Source of the DNA: Spirogloea muscicola
Lineage: Eukaryota
Direction: 5' to 3'
Length of the DNA: 64,000 nt
Assembly: GCA_009602725.1 (NCBI GenBank)
Contig: WELB01000013.1
Span: 856,561 to 920,560, forward strand
A model generated the notes under the pieces. The model was not told where the DNA came from, did no database searches, and saw only the letters and a list, made by a program, of their open reading frames with translations. This document shows positions 1 to 11,050 of the stretch, piece by piece; positions within the stretch are counted from its first letter, which is position 1, and each line of letters opens with the position of its first letter. A program made the translations under genes and the position numbers.

Positions 1-124
<124 letters not shown>

Positions 125-444
125 CGCCATCGCCGCCGCCGCCGCTGCCGCCGCCGCCTCTGGCGGCGCCCCTCGTCGTGCGCGCGTCCACGTGAGGTCC
201 TAGAGGCGGCGCCCCGATCGCGGCGCCTGGCGCGCAGCGCAGGCGGCCCCCCATCAACGTCGTCGTCTCGGTCATCGACGTCTAGCGGCCGGCGGGAACG
301 GCGACCGCTGCGGCGGTGCCGCGACGACGGCGGCGGCGAGCTGAGATGGCAACGCTCGAGGCGCGCCGGCGGCGAGGCCGGCCTTGGCCAGGAGGCCAGT
401 AGCAAGCCGTGTTGAGGCGTGCAGCCCGAGTGGCGGCCCCGGCG

Positions 445-3400
445 ATGGCCGCGTTCCCTGCGGTGGCCGCCGCGTTGCCGCTGGCGGTGGTGGCTCTGCT
501 ACTCGCCGCCGCCGGCGGCGTGCGCGAGGTGGCGGCGTCGCTGGAGACGTACACGCGGTCCGGCGAGCTGCGGGAGCTCCGCGACCTCCCCCGTGCGCCC
601 CTCGCCATGGCGGTGAGGGGTGCCGGGCAGAACCTCGCCGCCAACGAGGATATCAGAAGCGGCGACAAGGTGCCCGCCTCCTGAGGTTGCAATTGCAGCA
701 CTGCAGTCATCACGGCTGGCACGTGCAGCAGCTGCAAGTCTGATGCAGTCAACTGGCCCTGGGGCCGTTGTCCGTATCTGGCAGACGGGCGTAGCATGAC
801 CTGCGGCGATTGCTGCGGCAACTCTATAGGATAGAGAAGGGGGAGGGAGGTGGGGTTTGGGAGGGGGGAGGGGGGAAGGGGGGGGGATATGGGCACTGGG
901 CGGTGAGGTATGTGGTGTTTCGTGCCTTTGATTGCAACTAACTGTCATACTTGGCTCCAGTCTTCCCGGCAAACTTGAGCCACAGAGTCCAAGTCCAGCA
1001 CTTGGCTTTCGCGTACTTTGTCAGTCGCTGGTGTGCAGCCTAGCTTTCAAGCGAAGCGGGCATCGGCTTTGGAGGAACCTTCATTGCTTGTGCTGCTCCA
1101 TCCTCGTCCGTGCTCCTCAATGTGAGCTTTCTCTAGTCTTGACAATTCGCTTGTCGTTACTGTACTGCCTTGGAGCAGGTGGCCGCGAACCCGCGCGTGC
1201 CTGTGTCGTCGGTGGCGATCCTCACGCTGCTCATGGCAGCGGCCACAGGCCTTGGCGCGCTGCCCTTCTTCTTCCTCACGCTGGAGCCCGCGTGGGCAGG
1301 CATCTGCAATGGCATGGCCTGCGGCGTCATGCTCGCCGCCAGCTTCGACCTCATCCAGGAGGGGCAGCAGCACGGCGGTGGCCACTGCGTCATGCTTGGC
1401 GTCCTTGCCGGCGGCATTTTCATCCACTACTGCGAGAAGGTGGGCATGCTAGCTGCGCCCCCCTTCCCCCCCCCTCTCACAACTCCCCACCCCAATTCCT
1501 CACCACCAGCAGACGCGGCAACTGCTTGGAGCATCATACGTCACGACGCTGCTGGAGTTTCTCAAATGTCGCTGTTGTGCTGCATGGCCTGCGCCGCAGA
1601 TCCTGGACCAGTACGGGGATGTGAAGCTGATGGACCTGAAGGGTGCGGGCTCCAAGAAGATGGTGCTCATCGTGGCGATCATGACACTGCATTCCTTTGG
1701 GGAGGGCTCTGGCGTCGGCGTGTCGTTTGCAGGCCCCAAGGGTCTGCCGCAGGGCCTGTTTGTCACCATCGCTATCGCCATCCACAACATTCCAGAGGGC
1801 CTCGCTGTCAGCATGGTGCTCGCGTCCCGCGGCGTGCCCGCCCGTCAGGCCATGCTTTGGAGCATCTTCACCTCCCTGCCCCAGGTCTGCGACGTTCACC
1901 ACCAACAGCCAGTACAGCTTCATAAGTGTTGATGTTAAGGATGCCAGAGCAGAGGCGGGCTTGTTTTCATTGTCCATTCTGGCGCCAGAGCCGACATGTG
2001 ACATAAGTTGCTTGCTTGGAGCACCTTTAAGACGTTAAGCTCCTGCTGTCACGTGCCCGGATCTGTGCAGCCGCTGGTGGCTGTGCCAGCCTTCATGTGT
2101 GCCGACAGCTTCCGGCAGTTCCTGCCCTTCTGCGTGGGCTTCGCTGCAGGCTGCATGATCTGGATGGTCTTTGGCGAGATGATGCCCGAGAGCCTCAAGG
2201 TGCATAGCGGCTCCCCTCACGTCCACATGCTACATCTCCAGCATCATTATCAGCTCCACGTGTCAATTGACACTTCAGTCTTTCACCAGTCTGCTTTGTC
2301 AAGGTGAAGGGGCTGTGCCACTTCTTAAGAAGCTGCAATTTCCTCTTCTCTTGCTGGTGCCAGGAGACGAGCCCACCGGCGGTCGCTGGCGCCGCCACCG
2401 TTTCTGTCGCCGTCATGGAGGGCATCAGCACCCTGCTGGAAGGCGTGGAGGGCCTCCCAAGGTCTGCATGCCATTGCCCGCCAACTTTGCTGTACCTGCT
2501 AGTTGCGCTGCTCCTTGCTGCATTCAGCATGTCCGTGGCAGGACATATTTGCACGCCCACGCTTAGTCACTTTGCCTTCTGTCACCTTCACTCCTCATTT
2601 GGTATGGCATGCTGGGCGGGGCCGCTTGCGCTACGCGTGCAGTTGGGAGCATGTGACCCCGCTGGGCGTGTCGCTGCTCTTTGGGCTTGGCCCGTTTCTG
2701 GGTAGCCTGGTTGTGGTGACTTTCGTGGCCGCCCTCGACCCGCCTCGCACTGTGCTGACGGGTGTTGCGGCGGGCGCGATGCTTGTGCTCGCGGTCTGGC
2801 GACCCCTCCAGCTCTATGCCAAGGGCACCATGAGCATGTTCATGCTCGCGTTCTTTCTCTATGTCGGCTCCTGCCTCTACCTCGCCGGTACGCAGCAACG
2901 TTTATCCAATGGCATGTCTGTGCTCCCAACTGGATCGGCAGGCCCCTACCTGTATTTGCAGGCACTTTGTCGTAAGAGGGGTCAGTTCCAGACGTGTTCA
3001 AGTGCTGCACCAGTCCTTGCTATGGGTGTAATTTGATTTTGATGCATTGACTAGGTTGCACTGTGTAGATCTCAATTGCCAATACAATTGCTGAGTAATC
3101 AGGTGCTATGAAGGGGCACAAAGAGTGCAGAATGTTGTGTCTGCGTGCTCCTAACAGCGTGAAAGGCCAGCTGAGCATGTTCTCTAAACGAGTCTAGCAG
3201 CTCCTCCTGCCGCATCCAGTTGCAAGACTTCTCAGACGCAGACACCCACCGGCAAAGACGTTGGATGGTGAAATCTTGCGGGGCACCTCCGGTCCTCTCT
3301 TGAGCCCGCTGGCACAGGTCTCAGCGCTTGCATCAGGCGCGGTCGCCCTCCACGCCGTCGCCGAGGGCCTGGCACTAGGTTTACTTCTAACTTACTCTGA

Positions 3401-4166
3401 AGCTGCAGCATGAGTTCTTGTCAACAGCCATTTGCGTTGTCTGTGCCAGTTAGACTCACCGCTTCCCTGATGCGGCATTGTCAGGTGTTGCTGCTCCGAA
3501 CGCCAAGGGCATGGGGATGTACATGCTCCTACCAGTCTCGCTCCACGGCCTGCCAAGGGGCATGGCCGTTGCGAGCTCCATGTACGGCGGCAGCGGAAAC
3601 TGGCGCACGTCCCTTGGCGGTAAGCATCTCTAAGCTGCAGCGCAAGTAGCCAATTCTTGTGGGTCTGACTTGCAGCAAGTTGACTCGTATTCGCTTGAGC
3701 ATGCACAGCTCGAATAGTCTACTTCTATTTCACAGCCATGTGCAATGTATTGTATCTTCTGGTTGGGGCTTAACCATGTGTTCCTCCTCTAAGACCTTTG
3801 CATTACTTGAAAGCATTTGGCAACCTGAATGTACTTAACTTGCGACTGCAAGTCACCTGAGGATGAGTTGTCTCTCCACCTGCAGCATCAGTGCTCACCG
3901 GCTTTGCGGGGCCCCTTGGTGCGATGGCCGCGATGCTGGCTGGCCTTGGTGTGCATGGACTAGCAACGTGGCACGTCGTGGCCTGCGGGTGCCTTCTTCC
4001 GGCGGCTTGCAGTTCGCTGCTGCCGCGAGCCATCAAGCTGAGTCGGCAGCAGGCTCTAGTAGGCGCCGCGCTGGGCGCCTTCGTTGTGTTGGCCAGCCTG
4101 ATGGGCACCAAAGTGCTGTGCCAACACACGCCCTACTGCAGCTCCGCGCCTGAGGCCGTGACATGA
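445..4166 (+). CDS. ZIP-family (ZupT-like) zinc/metal transporter, plant At3g08650-type, multi-exon
   Basis: Signal-peptide-like exon 445-669 (MAAFPAVAAALPLAVVALLL). GT-AG exons at 1179-1439 (TLLMAAATGLGALPFF, GMACGVMLAASFDLIQEG), 1600-1884 (MTLHSFGEGSGVGVSF, AIAIHNIPEGLAVS = ZIP signature) and 2071-2199, with further TM exons. Last exon ends CQHTPYCSSAPEAVT* at 4166. Internal boundaries after about 2360 are approximate. Confidence 0.9.
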
Positions 4167-5065
4167 CACGACATTTTTATCACTCAGCTTGCAAAGACAT
4201 TATTGTTACTCAGCTTGCTAAGCGCTGCAACATAATTCAGTTGAGGCAATTATATGATTGTCCAAAGGAATTAGGCAAGGGCCTGCTTGATATTGAGAGT
4301 TTTAATACTTTGTGCAAGCTGCTGTGTCTGCCAGTATGAGAGGAATGCTGCAAGTCATGCTGGCAATGTATCCTGGCCCCTCTTTGCTCTGTAGTATGAG
4401 CCCTCTGATGTTGTTCCTGCTAGTGCATTTCATCTGCCTTCGAGCATGGCCTCGGGCATGGCCACTGATCAAGTCATAGCAGGACATTACTGCCACCCGG
4501 GGCCATGTGCATGACTGTGGCCACCACAAGCAAAGTGCACACAGCACAGCAATGAAAGAATGCTATGAATTGCACAGTCAGGCGGCCCCTGACATAGGTC
4601 CGTCCAAGGGTCCACCAAGTCCAGCAGTCGAAGAGAAAATAAATGAAATGAAAGAAATGGTGAAGAGGGGCTTGGGGAGCGGGCGTGGAGGACTTGGAGT
4701 CTCTGTACTGACTGACACATCAGCCATATTAGCACCAAAGCTGCAGTGTGTGGCGTCAGCCGAGCTTTACTGGCGGCTAGGCTTGGCTGGTCAGCTCCTC
4801 GTGGCTACGTTTCCTCAGGGTCAGCTGAGGAAAGCCTGGTTATGTGCATCTCATGTCGGCCAGCCCCGTCTATGCGGGGTCTGCAGCCACAGGACGCCGG
4901 TCGTGCCTGACAGGCTACCTCTCGCTCATGTGGGAAGACGAGAGAGCACACTGCTTAGAGTGGCACAGGACCAAAGCTGGACTCTGTCTTGGGCAACAAG
5001 CAGCCAAGGGGACTACTCCTAGCTGTAGCTGTCTCTCTGTGCTCCTCTTGCGCCGGTTGGCAGCG

Positions 5066-6812
5066 TCACCAGGCATAAAGCTCCGGCGGTGGCGGCGGCG
5101 ACATCACGAGGTAATCGGGGTACAGCCTGTCTGTTGACGCGTGCTGCTCGATGAGGCTCGGCTGCCCTGCCGGGGTGGCGCCAATGACGGCACCGCTGCC
5201 AAGGTGGCAGGACGTGTCATATAGCCCGTCCTCCTGCAATTAGACAAAGGAGAAACCAATTGAAGTTAAGAGTGTGCGCACATGAGAACGACGCTGGCCC
5301 TGAGGGCAGCAGACAACTAATATGCATTGCCACTTGATGCAGTGGCTTACCTGGAGCTCAACCTCAGAAAGGACGCCAAGAAGGCCCTCAAAATCGGCAG
5401 GGTCCATGACGAGGCTGCTGTCGTTGGTAATAGCGTCACCTTGGCCGGCCGCGGAGGGCAGCGGCGTGGGAGGGGGGGAGTCCCCCTCCTCTAAGCTCCA
5501 GCTGTCAGAAAGGTCCTGGTCCGCTGCTCCAGCCGCGGCGACGGAGGAGGCGGCGGTGGCCGTAGTGGTGGCCTCGAGATCCTGGAAAAGGTCGGCCATG
5601 TCGTCGAGGTCGGCCTCATACTCGTGCGGCGGGCTCGGTGGTGGCGGCGGAGTGGCGACACCTAGGTCGGTGGCAAGATCCGAGCCCCACGTAGCAGAGT
5701 TGCAAAGCACGGCAAGGGCCTGCTCGCCTTCGTCCAGGTACTCAAAGCTCGTCGCAGCAACGGCGTTGACGGACTCGGCGAGGGTGGCAAGTGCGGCGCC
5801 GTCGCCCGTCGTGGCCATGAAGCTGGAGGCGAGTGCCACAGCGGCTGCTGCGCTCGGCTCAAGTGGCATCCCGTCCAAGCCACTGGTGGCATCGCTGCCG
5901 CGCGTCTTCTTGACACGCGCATCCGCATCCTTTGGGCGACGTGCACGCTTCGCCCCTGAGGCCTGCTCGCGAGCGGCAGCGCGGTCGAGCGGCGTGGCGA
6001 AGTTGAGGCGGGCCTTGCCGCCGCGGATGTTGCGTGCCGCCGAGTCGTAGGCGCGCGCCGCCTCTTCGGGCGTGTCAAACGTGCCCAGCCACACGCGCGC
6101 CTGACGCGACGCATCGCGGATCTCCGCTGACCACTTGCCCCACGGCCGCTGCCGTACGCCGCGGTAGTGCGGATGGGCAGACCCGCCGCCGCCCTCGATG
6201 AGCAGGGCTGGCGATGGCAACGGGCCGGACTCGCCTTGGCCTGCGGCGTCCGGGGACGGCGGCAGCGCGTCGGGGGCGTCGGCGACGATGCCCTCGCCCT
6301 TGGCGGCGCGCTTGGCGGCGGCCTTGAACTCCTCGATGGCCTTGGTCACGTGCGGCGGCATGACCGCCTTGCCGAGGTAGCCCCGCGCCACGCGCCGCCT
6401 CGTCCCGCTGCTGATCCAGTCACTGATCTGCCCCGCCGCTTCCTGAACCGGACAACGTCGGAGCTCCAGCATCAGCGCCACTCTCAACGTCAATAACAAC
6501 TTCTTCAGAGTAGGATCTCAGCATCGCCGGCAGCCACGGCATCACCACCGCATCAACGAGAACGAGCTCAAAACGACAAGAAGCTACAGCTGCGGCGCAG
6601 CGGCCCGGCCGCCGAATCTCGCCGAATCTCGCACTTGGGCAGCCACCGCCAGTGGACCCACCTGCAGCGTCTCGTAGAGCACCATCTGCTCCGAGTCGTT
6701 CTCGTCGAGGTGGAGCTCCTCCTCCGCCGCCAGAGCGCCATTGCCGCCGCCGATGCCGCCGGCGGCGGCGGAGGCGGCGGCGGCGTCGTCGTCGGCGGCG
6801 GCGGGGGCCGGC
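5066..6812 (-). CDS. AP2/ERF transcription factor (ERF subfamily), 5' end lost in N gap
   Basis: Single AP2 domain [57 protein letters not shown] in exon 6442-5351. Upstream exon (>=6812 to 6662) encodes [19 protein letters not shown]. Inferred last exon 5233-5066 ends PELYAW*. GT-AG sites present. Confidence 0.9.
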
Positions 6813-7636
6813 NNNNNNNNNNNNNNNNNNNNNNNNNNNNNNNNNNNNNNNNNNNNNNNNNNNNNNNNNNNNNNNNNNNNNNNNNNNNNNNNNNNNNNNN
6901 NNNNNNNNNNNNNNNNNNNNNNNNNNNNNNNNNNNNNNNNNNNNNNNNNNNNNNNNNNNNNNNNNNNNNNNNNNNNNNNNNNNNNNNNNNNNNNNNNNNN
7001 NNNNNNNNNNNNNNNNNNNNNNNNNNNNNNNNNNNNNNNNNNNNNNNNNNNNNNNNNNNNNNNNNNNNNNNNNNNNNNNNNNNNNNNNNNNNNNNNNNNN
7101 NNNNNNNNNNNNNNNNNNNNNNNNNNNNNNNNNNNNNNNNNNNNNNNNNNNNNNNNNNNNNNNNNNNNNNNNNNNNNNNNNNNNNNNNNNNNNNNNNNNN
7201 NNNNNNNNNNNNNNNNNNNNNNNNNNNNNNNNNNNNNNNNNNNNNNNNNNNNNNNNNNNNNNNNNNNNNNNNNNNNNNNNNNNNNNNNNNNNNNNNNNNN
7301 NNNNNNNNNNNNNNNNNNNNNNNNNNNNNNNNNNNNNNNNNNNNNNNNNNNNNNNNNNNNNNNNNNNNNNNNNNNNNNNNNNNNNNNNNNNNNNNNNNNN
7401 NNNNNNNNNNNNNNNNNNNNNNNNNNNNNNNNNNNNNNNNNNNNNNNNNNNNNNNNNNNNNNNNNNNNNNNNNNNNNNNNNNNNNNNNNNNNNNNNNNNN
7501 NNNNNNNNNNNNNNNNNNNNNNNNNNNNNNNNNNNNNNNNNNNNNNNNNNNNNNNNNNNNNNNNNNNNNNNNNNNNNNNNNNNNNNNNNNNNNNNNNNNN
7601 NNNNNNNNNNNNNNNNNNNNNNNNNNNNNNNNNNNN
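6813..7636. other. Assembly gap (N run)
   Basis: 824 N. Confidence 0.99.
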
Positions 7637-8079
7637 GGGGGGGGGGGGGGGCGGCCTCTACGCGCCGCGCGGACCAGGGGGCTGGGGTGCCAGTCAACGG
7701 TCAGCCCGACGGGATAAATACGTCGGGCAGTGGCGTCACAGTCGGGCCGCGCCGGCGGCGGCAGCGGCGCGCGGGGCGCGTGCGCCACGTTGGCGTCGGG
7801 CGCCGGACACTGCTGACCGAGAGTTCTGGGACGGGTCGCCGCGCCGCCCGGACTTCGGCTCTGGGCAATCACCCGGCATTCGTGGGGTGGGAGCGCGGCA
7901 GCTGCCTTCGTCGGGCTGACCTTCCCCGACTTTCGTGAGTTGGCCACGTGCAGCTGACGGCTGGCGTCACCGGCGGGGGGGCATTACCGCACACCCAACC
8001 TCGGACTTCGCCATATCCACCTACCGATCTTTCTTGGCGCGACGTATCGAAGCTTACTGAGGAATTTGCCCAATTTGCT

Positions 8080-8287
8080 CTTCCGGCCCTCCTCCTCAAC
8101 CCCGCCATCCCTCCTACCACTGCTGCTGCCTCACTCCTCTAGCAGCTCCAGAAGCAGATAAGGGCTCGCCCATTGAGGATCCAGAAGCGGACGCAGGAAA
8201 GGCCCCCACGGGCACTTCCGGCCCTCCTTCCCCCCCCGGCCATCCCTCCTGCCCCTGCTGCCCTACTCCTCTTGCAGCTCCAGAAGC
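8080..8287 (+). repeat. Imperfect ~75-bp direct repeat (8080-8155 and 8215-8287)
   Basis: Both copies run cttccggccctcct...gccatccctcct...tgctgc...actcctct.gcagctccagaagc. Confidence 0.75.
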
Positions 8288-8433
8288 TGCGAAGTGCTAG
8301 CTGCTTCGTCATCACTTGGGCTCACTGAGGAGATGATAAGTGCACGCTACAGTATCACGATGTTATTGGCTCCGCCTGGCCTCCCTTCTTTCTCATCCGC
8401 ACCGCGCGCCTTCTCTCCTTATGAAAGAGAGAG

Positions 8434-8543
8434 AGCAAGCGCGGCCAGATTAACTGGTGGCTGGGAGAGGCCAGCCCAAAAGAATGGACAAGGTCTGAAG
8501 GAGTCGGAGTGCTAAGGACTGAGACAGCAGTAAGCGAACTCTC
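8434..8543 (-). mobile_element. Subfamily-A 3'-end copy (~110 bp) inserted in the (CT)n tail of another element
   Basis: Near-identical to 57827-57935 and to the reverse complement of about 54310-54416. Flanked by AGAGAGA on both sides (low-complexity TSD). Confidence 0.8.
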
Positions 8544-8590
8544 AGAGAGAAAGGTGAGCTCTCCCATTGGGGTCGAGGACTGTGAACAGG

Positions 8591-8616
8591 AATCTGGCCG
8601 CGCTTGCTTCTTTTTG
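8591..8616 (+). mobile_element. 26-bp extreme 5'-truncated subfamily-A insertion with 7-bp TSD
   Basis: AATCTGGCCGCGCTTGCT plus TCTTTTTG tail, between GAACAGG (8584-8590) and GAACAGG (8617-8623). Confidence 0.75.
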
Positions 8617-9785
8617 GAACAGGCAGACCAAAAACAACTGATTGACGAGGTCCAAAATAGACCAATAGAAGCCAATACATGGTTCACAGGGGGCCGAAAA
8701 GTGCTGAAAACAGTAGTAAAAGGGCTGAAAAACAGTACTTAAGCGCTGAAAACATTCTGGAGAAAGACTCTTCCATTATGAACTCTCAGGAGCTAGAGCT
8801 CCATACTTTCTGGATTGAGAAAGCTTCCCAGCCCCTGGCCCCCTAGAAGAGCGGCCTCTTCTGTTTGCCATTCTATGCGAAAAAAAATATAATAATTCCA
8901 TGCGGAGTAGCTGCCCTGCTTGGAGGACATTCTTCCCATGAGCAGATTGTATCGTAGACAAAGTGGCTCTTAGTGGCACTTACAAAGGGGGCGACTTCGC
9001 CTTGCCGAATTTGTTGAGATGCGATTTCTGACTGGAACATTGAGCGGCCAACCTAGTGGTCACTTGCGCGCAGGAAGCTGGCTACTAAGATTGTCAACTC
9101 TCTTCGGGCTGGCTTCTCAGAGTGAGAACTGCTGGCCATCCATAGTCAATCCCCTTGGAAGAAGATCTTTATCCCGGAAGATTTTCTTCTTTTCTTCTAC
9201 CCAAGAAGACCTGTGTGACCCCTTCCTCCCCCGCTGGACACCTCCCAAGCCCCCTCAACCCACCTCGCTCCTACCTGCAGGCTTCCAGAAAAACGAACGC
9301 CTTTTCAACAAGAGACGGTGGCTGTGAAGATATGCAACAAGGGCGGTGGCCGTGAGGCCAGTCCAAAGCAACTAACAGAATAGCTCTTTCAAAGTAGGGC
9401 GATGGTTGGAAGGAGTAAGCTCTTCCAAAGGAGCTGTAAGAGGCCGGCCAATAGTGATTGAACAAGGTCCGAAAGGGCCGGAAGGCACCAAAATACAACA
9501 TTGCTTATGTGACTTGCGGTCAGTGGACGCTCGATGACATTTACTTACCACTTGCAGATTGGACGTCTGGTGGAAGAAAGCAATGGATGATATATAGGGG
9601 GTAGCAAGATGGGGGCGAGGCTATGAAAGGCCCTCAGAATGGACAAGGATCGAAGCCGGAAAGAGCTGGAACATGGATGATGCCCAGAGGAAACCTTGAC
9701 AGAAGATTAGCAGCCTCCTTACGATAGCAATGTTATGTGTAAGTCCTAGTCGCAAGTCACAAGTCGGAGGAAGTAAGGAAGTGCA

Positions 9786-9930
9786 AGAGAGAGAGAGAGG
9801 AAGCGAAGGGAAGCAGGGTAGAAACTGCCTCACCAAGGACTCCGTCCACTTGAGAGAGAGAGGGAGAGAGAGAGGGAGAGAGAGAGAGCGTGCGCGCGCG
9901 TGGGCGAGAGCGAGAGCTAGAGTCGAGAGA
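9786..9930 (+). repeat. (GA)n-rich microsatellite tracts
   Basis: agagagagagagag at about 9787-9799 and gagagagagggagagagagagggagagagagagag at about 9852-9888. Confidence 0.8.
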
Positions 9931-10037
9931 AAGGCGCGGGGTGCTCATGATATAAAGGGAGGCCATTTCATTTTATACTGTACAAAAGCTAGGACAAGGA
10001 GAGAGACGAACGAGAGGCGAGAGACGAGAGAGGGGCG

Positions 10038-10096
10038 AGCAAGCGCGGCCAGATTAACTGGTGGCTGGGAGAGGCCAGCCCAAAAGAATGGACAAG
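10038..10096 (-). mobile_element. ~59-bp subfamily-A 3'-end copy with 6-bp TSD
   Basis: AGCAAGCGCGGCCAGATTAACTGGTGGCTGGGAGAGGCCAGCCCAAAAGAATGGACAAG flanked by GGGGCG (10032-10037 and 10097-10102). Confidence 0.85.
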
Positions 10097-11050
10097 GGGG
10101 CGGGGTGGGACAGGTGAGAAGGGCGAGAGATTCGGTAGTGGTGGACAGGACTCGCTCTCTCGCTTTGTTACCCCATGCTCGCTCCTCCCCTCCCTCCCTC
10201 CCTTCCTTTCTTCCCCCCTTCCCCCTCTTACTTTCTCCCACTTACTCGCTCCCACACCTTCCTTCCGCAGTTCCGTTTTCCTCATGGCAAGCCCTTCAAT
10301 GCTTCTGAGCTGCAAAGCCGTTTCGAGGTTCATATACACTTTTGTTCCCACACTTGCCCCCGCTGGCCCTGCGCTTTACTTAAAGAAGCAGTTGTTAAGG
10401 CAGCACAAGCCCGCGGTGTATGATGGCGCGAATACGGGTGGCACACTTGCGACCACCCATTGCCAAGTCTTGCACGGACACACTAAGTGGCGCTCTTTGT
10501 CGAAGAGCAGAAAGCTGGAGCGCAAGCAAGTCTGGTCTCTTTGCGGAGGCAAGTCTTTGATGGACAAGCTGGTCAAGGAGAAGCGATGCCTGTCCCCTTA
10601 GCAGGTCACAAGCAGATTCCTCAAAGAAGCGTACTAATCTGTAGTGCTCCATAAATGCCAGCGTGCAAGCGAGCTTCTGTTTGACGCTCAATCTGCTTGA
10701 AATTGGACATAAGTTGACCTTTCTGAAAGATGTGCGAAGCTTTGTGAGTTAAGGTCAGGAGTGTGTTGAGCACCAACCATCAAGGACACCTTAAGCCGAA
10801 CCACAAGTGAAGCTCCCGCTCCTTTGACTGTTGTTCGGTGTTTTGTGGGCTAGCTTTTACAGCTCTCACCCCCTTTGTAATAGCTGATCTCTTAATTCAA
10901 GAAGGCAAATAAGAAGTCATCAAACCCTCTGCTCTATGACCACAGTTGGACACTGCCGTAGTGACACTGACGTCGTGCTGACCGAGTGCAATTGCCATAG
11001 CCACAGTTGCTCTTAGGTGGTGAATCGTGCTGCAGGCTTCACGGCCCCAC

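Larger units (their letters stand above)
8434..10130. mobile_element. Cluster 1 of 3'-terminal fragments of a CRE-like non-LTR retrotransposon family
   Basis: Contains several copies of the motif TTGTC(C)A..TTTT-GGGCTGGC-loop-CAGCCC or its downstream half. Copies at 8434-8543 (-), about 8545-8700 (-), 8591-8616 (+), about 8825-8862 (+), about 9090-9120 (+), about 9412-9490 (-), about 9610-9670 (-) and 10038-10096 (-). The same ends are joined to RLE-type ORF ends in the 54-60 kb cluster. Confidence 0.75.

Noticed and set aside
4507..5022. 171-aa plus-strand ORF between the ZIP and ERF 3' ends (similarly 10284-10601, 21185-21625, 58746-59076)
   Set aside because: No recognisable domain, ATG context or splice structure; not supportable as genes.
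6420..7947. Long ORFs spanning N runs (also 13035-14557)
   Set aside because: Artefacts of translating N as X.
8495..8530. Hammerhead-like motif CTGAAGG-AGTC...GACT-GAGA in the repeat
   Set aside because: The core deviates from CUGANGA/GAAA at conserved positions, stem II is broken in copies reading GAGCCGG, no stem I/III was found, and it lies antisense to the ORF.
8434..8608. Apparent MITE with perfect 18-bp terminal inverted repeats (AGCAAGCGCGGCCAGATT ... AATCTGGCCGCGCTTGCT)
   Set aside because: No TSD around the pair. Each end has its own flanking duplication (AGAGAGA and GAACAGG), so these are two independent opposite-strand retro-insertions.
10038..10097. Repeat as library adapter or linker contamination
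   Set aside because: Copies show point divergence, distinct TSDs and continuity with coding remnants.
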